Below, piece after piece: positions 11,239-22,680 of a stretch of 64,000 bases of DNA (positions are counted from its first letter, which is position 1; each line of letters starts with the position of its first letter). Under the pieces are notes generated by a model that was not told where the DNA came from, did no database searches, and saw nothing but the letters and a program-made list of their open reading frames with translations. The stretch is from Candidatus Hodarchaeota archaeon (GTDB lineage: Archaea > Asgardarchaeota > Lokiarchaeia > Sigyniarchaeales > SOKP01), in NCBI GenBank assembly GCA_048886685.1, contig JBHLKM010000001.1:160001-224000 (forward strand), given 5' to 3'. The position numbers and the translations under genes are program-made.

Positions 11239-13014
11239 TTATTTGCCCTTAGTTTTGACTAATTTTGACATATTTCTAAATAGTGAGATATATCTTTCTG
11301 GGAGGAGCTTCTCGATCATGTTAACTAATAAGTCCTCATCTATTTCAGTAATATCCTTATTCTTAATCTCTTTTTCTAATTGTAATATTATTTGTTTTTG
11401 GACAACAGAAGGAACAAAACCCATAATAAGAGAATACATACTATTTCCTTTTTCATTCCATACAATTTCAGTATTCCCGATCTTGTCTTTGATTCCTGAC
11501 CGATTTTCAATCAAATCTAAATGAATCGGTTTAATTTCATTATCATATGGAATTCCAAGACGTTCAAATTGTTCTACTGGTGAATCGTTCTTTTTCATAG
11601 CTTCAACCATAGCCTTGATCATCCTATTTTCGATTTCAGAATCAATTATTGGATTTTCTTGGTGAGGATCATTTTGAAGATCAAAAAGCAAACTACCAAA
11701 AATATAAGGATTTATATATCTATGTCTTGTCTTAGTTCTTATAAGCTTAGATCCCTTTGTAAAACTAAACTGATCAGCTAAAGTCATTGTCTTCAACTCA
11801 TTAATTGAAAAAAATCCACGCATGTGGGTAGGTATAAGTGTATATTCATAAAGTGGTTGATTTAGACCATTTATAGGGCCTCTCATGTAGACAAATCTCC
11901 CATCTGTAATGTTCACATGAGCACCGTGAGTTCCAAATAAGGCATAATCCCTTATCTTAGCATCTGAATTAATAGTTTCTTTTAGAACTTTACCTTGCAT
12001 ATCTTTTGTTCGTTCAATCCCAAAAAATTCCAGAATTGTGGGGACTATATCAGTTGTTTGTGCAAGAGCATTCCTTCTCTCATTCTTTTTCTTAGATCTC
12101 GGATCCCAAATAAATAAAGGTATATTAGCTATTTCATTATAGATCGGTTGTACTACCTTTGCCCACCAATCTTTTTCGCCTAGAAGAAAGCCATGATCGG
12201 TTGTAACTATAAGCATGGTATCTTTCCACATATCATTTTCATCCATTACATCCAGAATCTTGCCAAGGTAAGTATCACACATACTTATTGAGGCAGCATA
12301 TTCTTTACGAACATGTTGTACTTGTTCTTCAGTTTCTGTTACTATACCGTAATTGGGCCAATCGAAATGTGGTCCGTTATATTCATGTTTATATAAATCT
12401 TTATATTTCTGTTGGGTAAAGAAGGGTTCATGAGGATCAAATGTTTCGATATGGAGAAACCAATTATCTTCCATATGATTTTTTTTAATAAACTCCATTC
12501 CTAGTTTAAAAGTTACAGCTTGAGGTTGGTCTTCTTCTTTTTGCATATATTTTCTATTTACCCAATCCTGACGCCAATGAGGCCAATTTTGACGCATATT
12601 AGGTACAGAATCAGGGATATCAGGATTATGTACCTCTCCTTTCCAAGGATCCCCCTCATGTCCCCGAGCAATTTCCCATGAATTATACCTACTATGATAT
12701 GTTGCCCCTCCATCTTCCCAATAATGGTAGTGATCACTTATAAGATGGGAATACACACCATTATTCTTTAAAATCTCAGGCATTGAATCATCAAAGGGTT
12801 CTAAAGGCCCCCAACTTCTATGTAGAAAATTGTGCCTTCCAGTATGTAGTTCTCTTCTAGCAGGAATGCACATTAAACTACCAGAATAACAATTGTCAAA
12901 AATAACCGTTTTTTCTGCTAATCTTTTAAAATTTGGTGCATGAACCCAATTATTCCCATAAGGTGGTAAAAAACGCCTATTTAAGGTATCAAAAAGAATA
13001 AATATTACTTTCAT
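11239..13014 (-). CDS. Cys-type sulfatase
   Basis: FDTLN, CIPARRELHTGR formylglycine motif, DPHEPF, TTDHG. Upstream of the maturase. Confidence 0.92.
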   Translation of the reverse strand: MKVIFILFDTLNRRFLPPYGNNWVHAPNFKRLAEKTVIFDNCYSGSLMCIPARRELHTGRHNFLHRSWGPLEPFDDSMPEILKNNGVYSHLISDHYHYWEDGGATYHSRYNSWEIARGHEGDPWKGEVHNPDIPDSVPNMRQNWPHWRQDWVNRKYMQKEEDQPQAVTFKLGMEFIKKNHMEDNWFLHIETFDPHEPFFTQQKYKDLYKHEYNGPHFDWPNYGIVTETEEQVQHVRKEYAASISMCDTYLGKILDVMDENDMWKDTMLIVTTDHGFLLGEKDWWAKVVQPIYNEIANIPLFIWDPRSKKKNERRNALAQTTDIVPTILEFFGIERTKDMQGKVLKETINSDAKIRDYALFGTHGAHVNITDGRFVYMRGPINGLNQPLYEYTLIPTHMRGFFSINELKTMTLADQFSFTKGSKLIRTKTRHRYINPYIFGSLLFDLQNDPHQENPIIDSEIENRMIKAMVEAMKKNDSPVEQFERLGIPYDNEIKPIHLDLIENRSGIKDKIGNTEIVWNEKGNSMYSLIMGFVPSVVQKQIILQLEKEIKNKDITEIDEDLLVNMIEKLLPERYISLFRNMSKLVKTKGK

Positions 13015-13186
13015 GTTTTTCTACGAAAAGTATTTGTTATTAGTAATGTTTAGCTTATTTTAATCTTATTTTTTAATATATATAATTTGAATTTATGAAA
13101 ATTTTTAATTTTAAGCTGACTTTCAAAATTAATAAAATTTGTTAGTAGAGATAATTGGGAATAACTAATTATTTTTCAATAAACCT

Positions 13187-13948
13187 ATGTTTAAGCATGC
13201 CATTGTGAGAAAAGTCTCAAAAAATTTTCAACAAGGTTTAAGTTCATCTAAACTAGGAAAGCCTAATTATAGAAAGACTATTATTCAGCATTCAAATTAT
13301 ATTAAAGCTTTAAACAAATGCGGTCTGAAGGTTTTGACATTAGAAGCAGATGATAGATTTCCAGACTCAACGTTTATTGAAGATACAGCAGTGATTAATG
13401 AGGATGTAGCAATTATTGCAAATTTAGGCGCAATAAGCAGGAAGGGTGAAGAAATAGAAATTAAAAATGTTCTGGATAGATTTTATGATAATGTTGAATC
13501 TATAGAAGAACCAGGAACTTTGGATGGAGGTGATGTTCTTAGAGTAGAGGATCAATATTTTGTTGGGATCTCTCAGCGAACAAATAAAGCAGGAGCATTA
13601 CGATTGAAAGATCTCTTAAAGAAATATGGATATTCTTGCTCATTAGTTAAATTAAAAGAGGTACTTCACTTAAAAACTGGATTAGCTTATATTGGAGACA
13701 ACAACTTGGTCAGTTCTGGGGAATTTATAGATAATCCTCTTTTTCAAGATTATAATATAATCAAAGTTGATGAGGATGAGAGTTATGCTGCTAATTGTAT
13801 AAGAGTTAATGATTATGTGTTAATTGCTGAAGGTTATAATAAGTTAATAGATTCAATTTCAAACCTAGGATATCAACTAATTAAACTTGATATGACTGAA
13901 TTTAGAAAGATGGATGGAGGACTTTCCTGTTTATCTTTAAGATTTTAG
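13187..13948 (+). CDS. Dimethylargininase (DDAH)/amidinotransferase family
   Basis: FPDSTFIEDT, LDGGDV, LHLKT, DGGLSCLS. Confidence 0.9.
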   Translation: MFKHAIVRKVSKNFQQGLSSSKLGKPNYRKTIIQHSNYIKALNKCGLKVLTLEADDRFPDSTFIEDTAVINEDVAIIANLGAISRKGEEIEIKNVLDRFYDNVESIEEPGTLDGGDVLRVEDQYFVGISQRTNKAGALRLKDLLKKYGYSCSLVKLKEVLHLKTGLAYIGDNNLVSSGEFIDNPLFQDYNIIKVDEDESYAANCIRVNDYVLIAEGYNKLIDSISNLGYQLIKLDMTEFRKMDGGLSCLSLRF

Positions 13949-14039
13949 GATTTGTTAAACTATTCTAAATATTTTAATTTAATTTCCTAAATTGAATAAC
14001 ATAGCAAATTTGATTAATTAAATAAATTTATAATTCTCA

Positions 14040-15707
14040 ATGTCAGTAAATCAAGATGAATTAGATCTAAGAAAGGCATATGAGAGAGCATTATATTATG
14101 GATGTGGTTATTCTCCAGATGATCTAAAGAAACCCAGAATCGCAATAGTTAATTCATGGAATGAAATTAATCCAGGTCATATTCACCTACGGAAATTAGC
14201 TGAATTTGTTAAAGAAGGTGTTAGAGAAGCAGGTGGTACTCCTATGGAATTTAACACAATAGCTTCTTGTGATGGAATCGCTAATTCAAGTAATTTTTCT
14301 AAATTTATTTTACCCTCTCGAGAAGTAATAGCAGCTTCAGTTGAGTGCACTATTAAAGCATATGATTTTAATGGAATGGTAATGTTGAGTTCTTGCGATA
14401 AAATTATTCCAGGAATGTTATTAGCTGCTGCTAGATGTAATATCCCTACGGTATTTTTAACAGGAGGAATAATGGAAGCAAAATTTTTTGAAAATGGTCC
14501 TCTTAAAGGAAAAACTTATGTAACTTCTGATATAAAAGAGGCAATTGGTAAATATATGGCAGGTAAATTAACTAAAGATGAATTTTTCTTGATAGAATCT
14601 CAAACCTGCTGCTCTCCTGGAGCATGTAATATGATGGGTACTGCAAATACGATGGCCTGTATAGTAGAAGCAATGGGACTTTCATTGCCTGGTTGTGCTA
14701 CTATGAGTGCTATTAGTGAGGAAAGAGAAGATTTATCAAAAGCTTCCGGTAGAATCATTATGAATCTAGTTGAGGAAAATGTTAAAGCATTAGATTTTAT
14801 CACCCATGAATCTATTGAAAATGCAATAAAAGTCGCCTTATCTTTTGGAGGTTCTACAAATATGGTTTTACATATGTGTGCTTTATCCCATGAGATTGGA
14901 GGGTCCCTAAGTCATTTTGATTTTGATGAATTAAGTAAATCTGTTCCACTGTTGGCGAAATTCAAACCAAGCTCAGAATATAACCTCACTGAATTTCATG
15001 AAGCGGGTGGTGTCGGTGTTTTAATGAAGAAATTATCATATGTATTAGATTTGTCTACTAAAAATGTTTTAGGGAATACATTAAAAGAATACTTAGACTC
15101 CGTTGAGATTCATGATTATCATATAATTCGCAATTTTGAAGATCCTATAGATAGTAAAGGAGGTATAGCTGTTTTAAAAGGAAATTTAGCCCCAGAGGGT
15201 GCTCTTGTAAAACAAAGTGCTGTAAATGCCAAGATGAGATATCATAAAGGACCTGCTCGAGTATTTGAATGTGAAGAGGATCTTAGAGATGCTCTGATTT
15301 CGAACCAAGTGAAACCTGGAGATGTCTTAGTGATTCGTTATGAGGGTCCGAAAGGTTCTCCAGGAATGAGAGAATTATCTATACCCGCGGCTATGCTTGT
15401 AGGGATGGGATTAAGTGATTTTGTAGCGATGATTACTGACGGTCGATATTCGGGGGCTACGCGAGGACTCTGTATAGGGCATGTATGTCCTGAAGCATAT
15501 GTGGGGGGACCTATAGCTATAGTGGAAAATGGGGATGAAATTGAAATTGATTTTGATAATCGAAAATTAGACTTATTGATCCCTCATAAAGAAATGAAAA
15601 AGAGGTTAAAAGAATGGAAAAGACCTGAACCAAGATTTATAACAGGTTATTTAAACACTTATAGAAAAATAGTAAGCTCTGCGAAAAATGGAGCATATTT
15701 ACAATGA
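14040..15707 (+). CDS. ilvD: Dihydroxy-acid dehydratase
   Basis: [50 protein letters not shown]. Confidence 0.9.
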   Translation: MSVNQDELDLRKAYERALYYGCGYSPDDLKKPRIAIVNSWNEINPGHIHLRKLAEFVKEGVREAGGTPMEFNTIASCDGIANSSNFSKFILPSREVIAASVECTIKAYDFNGMVMLSSCDKIIPGMLLAAARCNIPTVFLTGGIMEAKFFENGPLKGKTYVTSDIKEAIGKYMAGKLTKDEFFLIESQTCCSPGACNMMGTANTMACIVEAMGLSLPGCATMSAISEEREDLSKASGRIIMNLVEENVKALDFITHESIENAIKVALSFGGSTNMVLHMCALSHEIGGSLSHFDFDELSKSVPLLAKFKPSSEYNLTEFHEAGGVGVLMKKLSYVLDLSTKNVLGNTLKEYLDSVEIHDYHIIRNFEDPIDSKGGIAVLKGNLAPEGALVKQSAVNAKMRYHKGPARVFECEEDLRDALISNQVKPGDVLVIRYEGPKGSPGMRELSIPAAMLVGMGLSDFVAMITDGRYSGATRGLCIGHVCPEAYVGGPIAIVENGDEIEIDFDNRKLDLLIPHKEMKKRLKEWKRPEPRFITGYLNTYRKIVSSAKNGAYLQ

Positions 15708-15718
15708 ATAGTTGAACT

Positions 15719-16891
15719 ATGATTGATGAAAAACGTATATTAAAAAATCTAAATGATTTTTCTTTTCCAAGATTATCTGGAACCGAATTTGAGAGAGAAA
15801 GTTTCAACATTGCCAAACAAAAGATAGAAGATCTAAATCTTATTCCACAAATTCAAGAGTTCTCATTTCGCATATTCTATTCAAGAATCTATCCTAAAAT
15901 TTCTTTATCATTATTAAGTTGGCTCCTCGTAGTCTTATTTTTGAATATTCAACCGATTTTTAATATAGTAAATCTGTTTCTTATTTTGATATCAATACTA
16001 ATTCTTATTTTACTTACAAGATTTCCAGAAAAACTTAAAATAGGACAGGAATATAATTCCCAGAATTTATTTGTAAATTTACCATCGCAATTTAAGAATA
16101 AAATATCTGAGAATAATATTTTTTTGTTTTCACATTTAGATTCAAAAGGACAAGCTTTCTCAATAAAAACTCGTATCCAATTATATTATATCTGGATATT
16201 TTCTTTTCCTTTAAGCCTAATATTTAATATCTTCAAATTTTTTATCATTTTAGAAGATATCTTGTTATATCGTATTTTATCGTTTTTGATCTTAATTATC
16301 AATTGTTTAACGACTGTTATATTATGGTTGAATACCACAAATAATAATTCTAAAGGTGCTATAGATAACGCTTCTGGAATATCATGTGTGTTAGAAATTC
16401 TTCATTATTATTCGGATCCAGAAAATAGACTTAAAAATATTGATTTAAATTTTGTTTTTACGGGTGCAGAAGAATCGGGTACTATGGGAGTGAGAAACTT
16501 CTATAAAAAAATTCGAAATTTTGATAGAGATAAGACTTTTATAATCAACTTTGATTCAATCGCTAAAAGAGTATATTTATGGGATCATGGTCTCCTTAAT
16601 AATAAATATTTTAAATCTAACAATTTTATTTTAGAAAATAAAGATATAATGAGTTTAGAGAAAACGCGAAGAATATACATTGGTACATATAGCGACGGCT
16701 TATTTCTTCTCAGTAAGAAATTCCAAGGAATTGGTAATGGTGATAAAAGCTCTTATAATTATATACACTCTATCAATGATGATGTGGACAAAATAAAAAT
16801 AACTGCTTTGAAAAAACTCTCCCAGTTTTATACAATTCTTTTAAATGAAGTTGATATTGATTTAAATGAACAATCAAAGAGTGCTGATTAG
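15719..16891 (+). CDS. Membrane-embedded M28 family metallopeptidase
   Basis: SHLDS, GAIDNASG, GAEE, NFD and IHSINDD ligands with inserted TM segments. Confidence 0.8.
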   Translation: MIDEKRILKNLNDFSFPRLSGTEFERESFNIAKQKIEDLNLIPQIQEFSFRIFYSRIYPKISLSLLSWLLVVLFLNIQPIFNIVNLFLILISILILILLTRFPEKLKIGQEYNSQNLFVNLPSQFKNKISENNIFLFSHLDSKGQAFSIKTRIQLYYIWIFSFPLSLIFNIFKFFIILEDILLYRILSFLILIINCLTTVILWLNTTNNNSKGAIDNASGISCVLEILHYYSDPENRLKNIDLNFVFTGAEESGTMGVRNFYKKIRNFDRDKTFIINFDSIAKRVYLWDHGLLNNKYFKSNNFILENKDIMSLEKTRRIYIGTYSDGLFLLSKKFQGIGNGDKSSYNYIHSINDDVDKIKITALKKLSQFYTILLNEVDIDLNEQSKSAD

Positions 16892-18428
16892 GAATCAAGT
16901 TAATAACAAGGAGTTAGGAGTAGTAATCACTCCCCCTTTAACAGTAGAATATATTATTTCTAGATTAGGGAAGATTGAGGAAGATCAAAAAATTTTAGAT
17001 CCATGCGTTGGGCCTGGTATATTCGTAAAGAAATTAATAGAATCTGGGATAAGAAAGGATCAAATATTTACGTATGATATAAATTCAAGTATTAAAGAAG
17101 AGATAGAAAAACTCGGAGTTTCTTTTAAAGCACAGGATACACTTATCGCTTTATATCCCGATTCTTACAATGAGTTCGACTTTATTATTGGCAATCCCCC
17201 ATATCTAAATAAAGCAAGTGCATATATTCGTAAAAATAAATTGAAACTCAAAAAAATTTACGGGAAAATACATGCTCATGAAACATATGCCATGTTTATT
17301 ATAAATAGCATTTGGCGTTTAAAAGAAGGTGGAAAATTGGGTTTTATTACCAGTGATTCGTTTTTAACTCTAAGTACACATAAAAATCTACGGAAGTTTA
17401 TCCTTAATAACTGTATAATTAATGAAATTCTTTTAGCACCAAAAAATCTGTTTTCTAAGCAGAATGTAAGCACAAGTCCAGCTATTATCATCTTAACAAA
17501 ATGCTCTGGTCAAAAAAGTAAAAGGATTAGAGAAAAAAATATAATGAGGATTATTCCAAGAGTAAATAACGAGGAAGATTACAGAGTTCCAAAAGTTGTC
17601 AATGATATAGAGCAAAAAAAATATAATTCCTTACCTTATAACATATTTTTTATTGATGTTGAAGAAGAAATTATCGATTTATTTGAAAGGGCACCTAAAT
17701 TAGATAAGTATCTGAAAGGATATATTGGAATGCATACCCATAATAATAGGAAATACATAGCGGCTATTGAAGATACAGAATTAGCTGAAGTTTTTGAGGG
17801 AAGAAATAAGAGAATATCCGGTCCGAATCGAAAATATCAAATTATTTCAAAGAAAAACATTGAATCAATAAGGTGGAAGCCTTATTTAAAGAGAGGTGGT
17901 GCAGAACAATATTACAGACCAATTATGGAAGCATTAGATTGGGATCAAGAATCTAAAAAAAAATATGATATCCCCACGAATGTACCCTTTGAACAAGAGG
18001 GTATTATTATAAGCGGTGTAAGCTCAAGATTAGCCGCACGCCATATGCCAAAAGGATGTTATTGGGACTCAAATAAGGCTATCGGATTTATAATTATAGA
18101 TAAAGCTTTTACAATCGCATATTTGTTAGGTTTGTTAAACAGTTCTTTATATAATTACTTAGCTAAAGGAATTATCAATAATACCAGCAGTATTCAAATA
18201 ACAGGAATCCACTCTTTACCTATTATTTCAGTGGATGATGAAACGAAAAAAAGGGTTGAGGATTTAGTCAATGAAATTATCAGAAATAAAGAAAATAATC
18301 CAAATTATGATTACACGGAAAATCAAAAGAAAATTGATAATTTAATTTTTAACTTGTATTCAAAAAGATTTCATTTCCCATTAAGCCTGAAAAAAAAAAT
18401 AGATAAACAATTTTCAATTTATAGATAG
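16866..18428 (+). CDS. N6-adenine DNA methyltransferase, TaqI/Eco57I-like with C-terminal recognition domain (orphan)
   Basis: TPP, LDPCVGPGIF, IGNPPY, LKEGGKLGFI, YLLGLLNS. Confidence 0.88.
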   Translation: MNNQRVLIRNQVNNKELGVVITPPLTVEYIISRLGKIEEDQKILDPCVGPGIFVKKLIESGIRKDQIFTYDINSSIKEEIEKLGVSFKAQDTLIALYPDSYNEFDFIIGNPPYLNKASAYIRKNKLKLKKIYGKIHAHETYAMFIINSIWRLKEGGKLGFITSDSFLTLSTHKNLRKFILNNCIINEILLAPKNLFSKQNVSTSPAIIILTKCSGQKSKRIREKNIMRIIPRVNNEEDYRVPKVVNDIEQKKYNSLPYNIFFIDVEEEIIDLFERAPKLDKYLKGYIGMHTHNNRKYIAAIEDTELAEVFEGRNKRISGPNRKYQIISKKNIESIRWKPYLKRGGAEQYYRPIMEALDWDQESKKKYDIPTNVPFEQEGIIISGVSSRLAARHMPKGCYWDSNKAIGFIIIDKAFTIAYLLGLLNSSLYNYLAKGIINNTSSIQITGIHSLPIISVDDETKKRVEDLVNEIIRNKENNPNYDYTENQKKIDNLIFNLYSKRFHFPLSLKKKIDKQFSIYR

Positions 18429-18469
18429 TAATTAATGATAATGAATTATATAAATTCTAAACAAGAAAA

Positions 18470-19312
18470 ATGGAATACATTAAAAGATTAATTGAGATTA
18501 GACAAAAAGGCTCTGAAGCAATAAATATTGAGGATATTCCTGTTATCTTTCATGTACTCTGTGATTTTATCAATATTAATCCAGAAGTTCAAAAACTCCT
18601 TGAAGACTATAAGCTAAGGATGATGGTGAAAATTGAAAATGGTAACCCATATAATCTTACTATTGAAGATAAAAATGCCGAATTTAATGAAGGTGCTTTA
18701 AAATCTCCAGATTTTATTATAAAATCAAATCTAAAAACAATTTCTAAATTAATTCTTGGTGAAGTAGATCCTCTAGAAGCCTATTTTTCTGAGATTTTTA
18801 AAATTGAAGGGGATATGATTAAGGTAATTAAGTTTGTTGAAATTCTAGATTTAGCTTTTCAATTAGTAGAAGGTAACGACAACGAAACCAAAAGAGGGGT
18901 GATTGATGCCAATTCTTTGAAAGATCTCTTAAATGTGTATTTAGAGGGGATTTCTAATCTCAAAGCATCTCATGTTCCCCTTTTTTTAGAGATTTTAACA
19001 ACATTTGTAAACAATAATCCTGAAGCAAAAGAAGTAATCTCCGAAGAAGATCTCAATATTCAAATGAAAATCACTGATCTTGATAATTATATCATCCGTA
19101 TAACCAATAATAGAATGGAATGGTCTAAAGGGGAGATAGCCAACTCTGATTTAATTTTAGAAACAGATCTTGAAACTTCTGCAGCATTATTAATAGAAGG
19201 CAACCCTGTGTCTGCATATATGGCGGGAAAGATAAGAATAGAAGGAAATATCGCTAAAGCTTTAATTTTTCAAGATTTAATTGAAGTCTTTTTAGATTTC
19301 ATTAATTTATAA
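18470..19312 (+). CDS. Tandem SCP2-domain protein
   Basis: Two SCP2 repeats (GEVDPLEAYFSEIFKIEGD and GNPVSAYMAGKIRIEGN). Confidence 0.8.
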   Translation: MEYIKRLIEIRQKGSEAINIEDIPVIFHVLCDFININPEVQKLLEDYKLRMMVKIENGNPYNLTIEDKNAEFNEGALKSPDFIIKSNLKTISKLILGEVDPLEAYFSEIFKIEGDMIKVIKFVEILDLAFQLVEGNDNETKRGVIDANSLKDLLNVYLEGISNLKASHVPLFLEILTTFVNNNPEAKEVISEEDLNIQMKITDLDNYIIRITNNRMEWSKGEIANSDLILETDLETSAALLIEGNPVSAYMAGKIRIEGNIAKALIFQDLIEVFLDFINL

Positions 19313-19326
19313 TGATTTTATTTAAA

Positions 19327-21150
19327 TCATAGTTTTTCTCCTTTAATCTCTTCTTCATATTTCTTTCTTCTTTCTTCTAAATATTCTGGTATTGGAACAT
19401 CCCACCAACCCCATGCTGGTGAACCTGTAAAAGGGAAAGTTGTATTAACTAGTGCTTCTATAACTATTGGTTTGTTTGATTTACTTGCTCTCTCTAATGC
19501 GGGTATAATCTCTTCTTTTTCAAAAATTTTTTCAGCATAACAACCAAAACCTTCAGCTATTTTGGTAAAATCAGGTGAATAAGGATTTCCCTCCTTATCT
19601 TCAAATACAGTACCATAACCTCGATCTTCGCCGAATGTGGCTTGTTGAAGGTCTTTGATTGCAATCCAGCCATAATTATTCAATACAATAAAGAATATAT
19701 TTTTCAATCCTAATTGAACAGCAACCGATAACTCTGAAATTGTCATCATGAAGTCTCCATCACCCACAAGCGATACTACTTTACGATCAGGTTTTCCAAT
19801 ATCTATTGAGCCTAATTTTGCTCCTATTCCCGCTGGAACACTGTATCCCATAGTTGAAAATCCACCTGCCGTGATACATGTTTTTGGTTCGTAAAATTCC
19901 AGTTCTTGTATCATTTGAGCTTGTACATTTCCAGAACTAGTAATGAAAATCGTATCTCTATCAAAAAACTGCCGAATTTCTTGTAAGACTGTTGAAATCA
20001 TAACATTTGGGAAATTTTTATCTTTATTTCTTTGATCCTTTAAAATTTCAAACCATTTTCTTTTTTCTTCTTGGATTTCTTTGAAATAATCAGTTTTTTT
20101 ATACTCTTGCTTGTAATCGCCGAGTTCGTCAATAATTTGTCTTAAACATGCTTTCGCATCACCTATTATTCCAAGGTCAACAGGATAATTTTTACCTATC
20201 TCATTTTGATCAATATCAATCTGTATTAACTTTGTAGGGGGAATTGAAAAACTTACTCCTTCTTTATACGAGCTTGCTGTTTCGTCAGCAAATCTACAAC
20301 CAATCGCAAGGATTAAATCGGCTGAGGAAGTAATTTTTAAGCCAACTGTAGTTCCCTTGCTTCCAGTAGCCCAACAAAAAAGAGGATGATCATTTGGAAA
20401 TGCGTCTTTTGCCATCATGGTAGCCACAACGCCAGCACCAATCTTTTCTGCTAGGATTTTAACCTCCTCAAATGCTTCAGATGAAACAACTCCACCACCT
20501 AATAATAATACAGGTCTTTGAGCCTCTTTTAAGAAGACTACGGCACGAGTTATTAATTCCGGATCACTATAAATTCTCCCTTGAAATTTATGTTTTATAG
20601 GATTAGGGATTTCGGTAGTTATAGCAGATGATTGTACATCCATAGGGAGATCTATATGAATTGGACCTTTTCGTCCTCTCATCATTTGATTAAAAGCTCG
20701 TTGCATTATTGAGGGTAACTGTCCTACTGTATCAACCTGAAAGCTGCGTTTAACGATTGGTTCAAGGATTCTTGGCATATCAGAATCCCTTTTTCTTTCA
20801 ATTTCTTGTAAAACACCTTTGCCTCTCATGTGAACATGTGTATCACCTGTGAGGACCAAAACAGGCATACTATCTACGTATGCATCCGCAATCCCGATGG
20901 CTGTATTAATGGCTCCGGGACCAATAGAAGTAAAGACTACTAAAGGTTTCCCTGTGATTCGATAATAACCTACAGCTAGATGTACTCCACTCATCTCTTG
21001 TTTCGGTTGAATTAAAGTAAGCTTATCTTGATCTTTGAAGAAAGCATCGACAAGAGGGAGATTTCCGTGTCCTGGGATCCCGATAACATATTTCACTCCT
21101 TCTTTAATCAGATACTTGGAGATTATTTCTCCACCTGTATATTTCCGCAT
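19327..21150 (-). CDS. Thiamine-diphosphate-dependent enzyme, IolD-like/acetolactate synthase superfamily
   Basis: GIPGHGN, TSIGPG, GFSTMGY, GDGDF...NN ThDP motif, C-terminal WWDVP. Confidence 0.85.
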   Translation of the reverse strand: MRKYTGGEIISKYLIKEGVKYVIGIPGHGNLPLVDAFFKDQDKLTLIQPKQEMSGVHLAVGYYRITGKPLVVFTSIGPGAINTAIGIADAYVDSMPVLVLTGDTHVHMRGKGVLQEIERKRDSDMPRILEPIVKRSFQVDTVGQLPSIMQRAFNQMMRGRKGPIHIDLPMDVQSSAITTEIPNPIKHKFQGRIYSDPELITRAVVFLKEAQRPVLLLGGGVVSSEAFEEVKILAEKIGAGVVATMMAKDAFPNDHPLFCWATGSKGTTVGLKITSSADLILAIGCRFADETASSYKEGVSFSIPPTKLIQIDIDQNEIGKNYPVDLGIIGDAKACLRQIIDELGDYKQEYKKTDYFKEIQEEKRKWFEILKDQRNKDKNFPNVMISTVLQEIRQFFDRDTIFITSSGNVQAQMIQELEFYEPKTCITAGGFSTMGYSVPAGIGAKLGSIDIGKPDRKVVSLVGDGDFMMTISELSVAVQLGLKNIFFIVLNNYGWIAIKDLQQATFGEDRGYGTVFEDKEGNPYSPDFTKIAEGFGCYAEKIFEKEEIIPALERASKSNKPIVIEALVNTTFPFTGSPAWGWWDVPIPEYLEERRKKYEEEIKGEKL

Positions 21151-21351
21151 CTTTAATCCAAAATTATCTATAAATTTTTAAGGAATATAATTTGATAAAC
21201 TAAAAATAGATTTAAGTTTGTTTATGAACAAGAAATTGGTTATATAAGTTATTTTGAAAATTCATTATGCCCCTTCTTTTTATAAGCTAATCATTAAAAA
21301 TTAATTTATACCCCTATTGATGAATACTATTTAACTTATCGGATAAAGAAA

Positions 21352-22680
21352 GTGCCGTCTACTTTAGAAAAAATACGTGTTTTGGGAGAAAATTCGAAAT
21401 ATGATATCTGTGCTAGTACGGCTTCTAGTCGTACTGATAAATATCCAAAACTTTTTGGAAATACAAAAAGATGGATTGGGAATACAGCAAGCGCGGGAAT
21501 TTGCCATAGTTATACCCCTGATGGACGGTGTATGAGTCTTTTCAAAACTCTATACACCAATAAGTGTATTTATAATTGTAAATACTGCTTTTCACATAGC
21601 TGTAAGCGAAAGATGAGCTTTACGCCGGAGGAATACGCTCGTACATTTATGAAACTTTATTCGATGAATATTGTAGAAGGTGTATTTATTTCATCCGCAG
21701 TTTGTGGAAGTGCCGATAAAACTACTGAAGAAATGTTAGAAGCAATTCGATTGCTTCGATTTAAATATAATTTTCAGGGATATGTACATTTTAAATGCTT
21801 ACCAGGAGTCAGTCAATATCTCCTTAAAGAAGCAATAGCTTTATCTGATCGTATCTCAATCAATACAGAAGCCTCTTCTAAAGATTATCTTGCAGAAATT
21901 GCAGATCAGAAAGACTTCAATAATGATATTATTACACGTCAACGATGGTTAAAGCAGATTAGAATCAAACAAAATGATGAAGCTCTTAAAGAAATGAGAG
22001 ATATTGAGCAAGATTGTAAGTTGAGATACCAAGAAAAAATGATTAAAGATCGAAGAGAAAATGGTTATAAAAAATTTCGATGGGATGGTGCACCAATATT
22101 AAATAGCGGTCAAACAACACAATTTGTTGTAGGGGCTGCTGAAAGTGAATCCGATTATGATCTTCTTAAAAGAATTGATTGGGGATATAAAGAGATTGAT
22201 TTAAGGCGAGCGTACTTTTCTTCGTTTATTCCAATCGAGGGAACACCACTAGCCGGTAAACAGGCAGCTTCACTAGCAAGAGAACATCGGTTATATCAAA
22301 GTGATTGGCTATTAAGAATATATCACTATAAACTGAAAGATTTAGAGAAAATTTTTGATGAAGAAGGCAATTTACCTAATGGAGACCCGAAAATTCATCT
22401 AGCAAGAGAATATTTTAAAGATCGTAATCTTGTAGACCCTAATCAAGCTTCTTACCAAAAGTTATTGCGTGTTCCTGGAATTGGACCCATATCTGCAAAA
22501 CGTATAATAAATCTACAGGCTAAAAAATTCATATTTAAAAGTAGACAAGACCTTAAATCTGTTGGAGTAATATTAAAGCGAGCTGAACCTTTCCTTCTGA
22601 TAGATGGGCATAATCAAATGACTTTGAACAAATATTTTGATATAGATAATGATAAAATTTCACAAAGGGAAATCGCTTGA
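21352..22680 (+). CDS. Putative DNA modification/repair radical SAM protein with helix-hairpin-helix
   Basis: SKYDIC, GICHSYTPDGRC, CIYNCKYC, REHRLYQSDWL, LLRVPGIGP. Confidence 0.88.
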   Translation: MPSTLEKIRVLGENSKYDICASTASSRTDKYPKLFGNTKRWIGNTASAGICHSYTPDGRCMSLFKTLYTNKCIYNCKYCFSHSCKRKMSFTPEEYARTFMKLYSMNIVEGVFISSAVCGSADKTTEEMLEAIRLLRFKYNFQGYVHFKCLPGVSQYLLKEAIALSDRISINTEASSKDYLAEIADQKDFNNDIITRQRWLKQIRIKQNDEALKEMRDIEQDCKLRYQEKMIKDRRENGYKKFRWDGAPILNSGQTTQFVVGAAESESDYDLLKRIDWGYKEIDLRRAYFSSFIPIEGTPLAGKQAASLAREHRLYQSDWLLRIYHYKLKDLEKIFDEEGNLPNGDPKIHLAREYFKDRNLVDPNQASYQKLLRVPGIGPISAKRIINLQAKKFIFKSRQDLKSVGVILKRAEPFLLIDGHNQMTLNKYFDIDNDKISQREIA

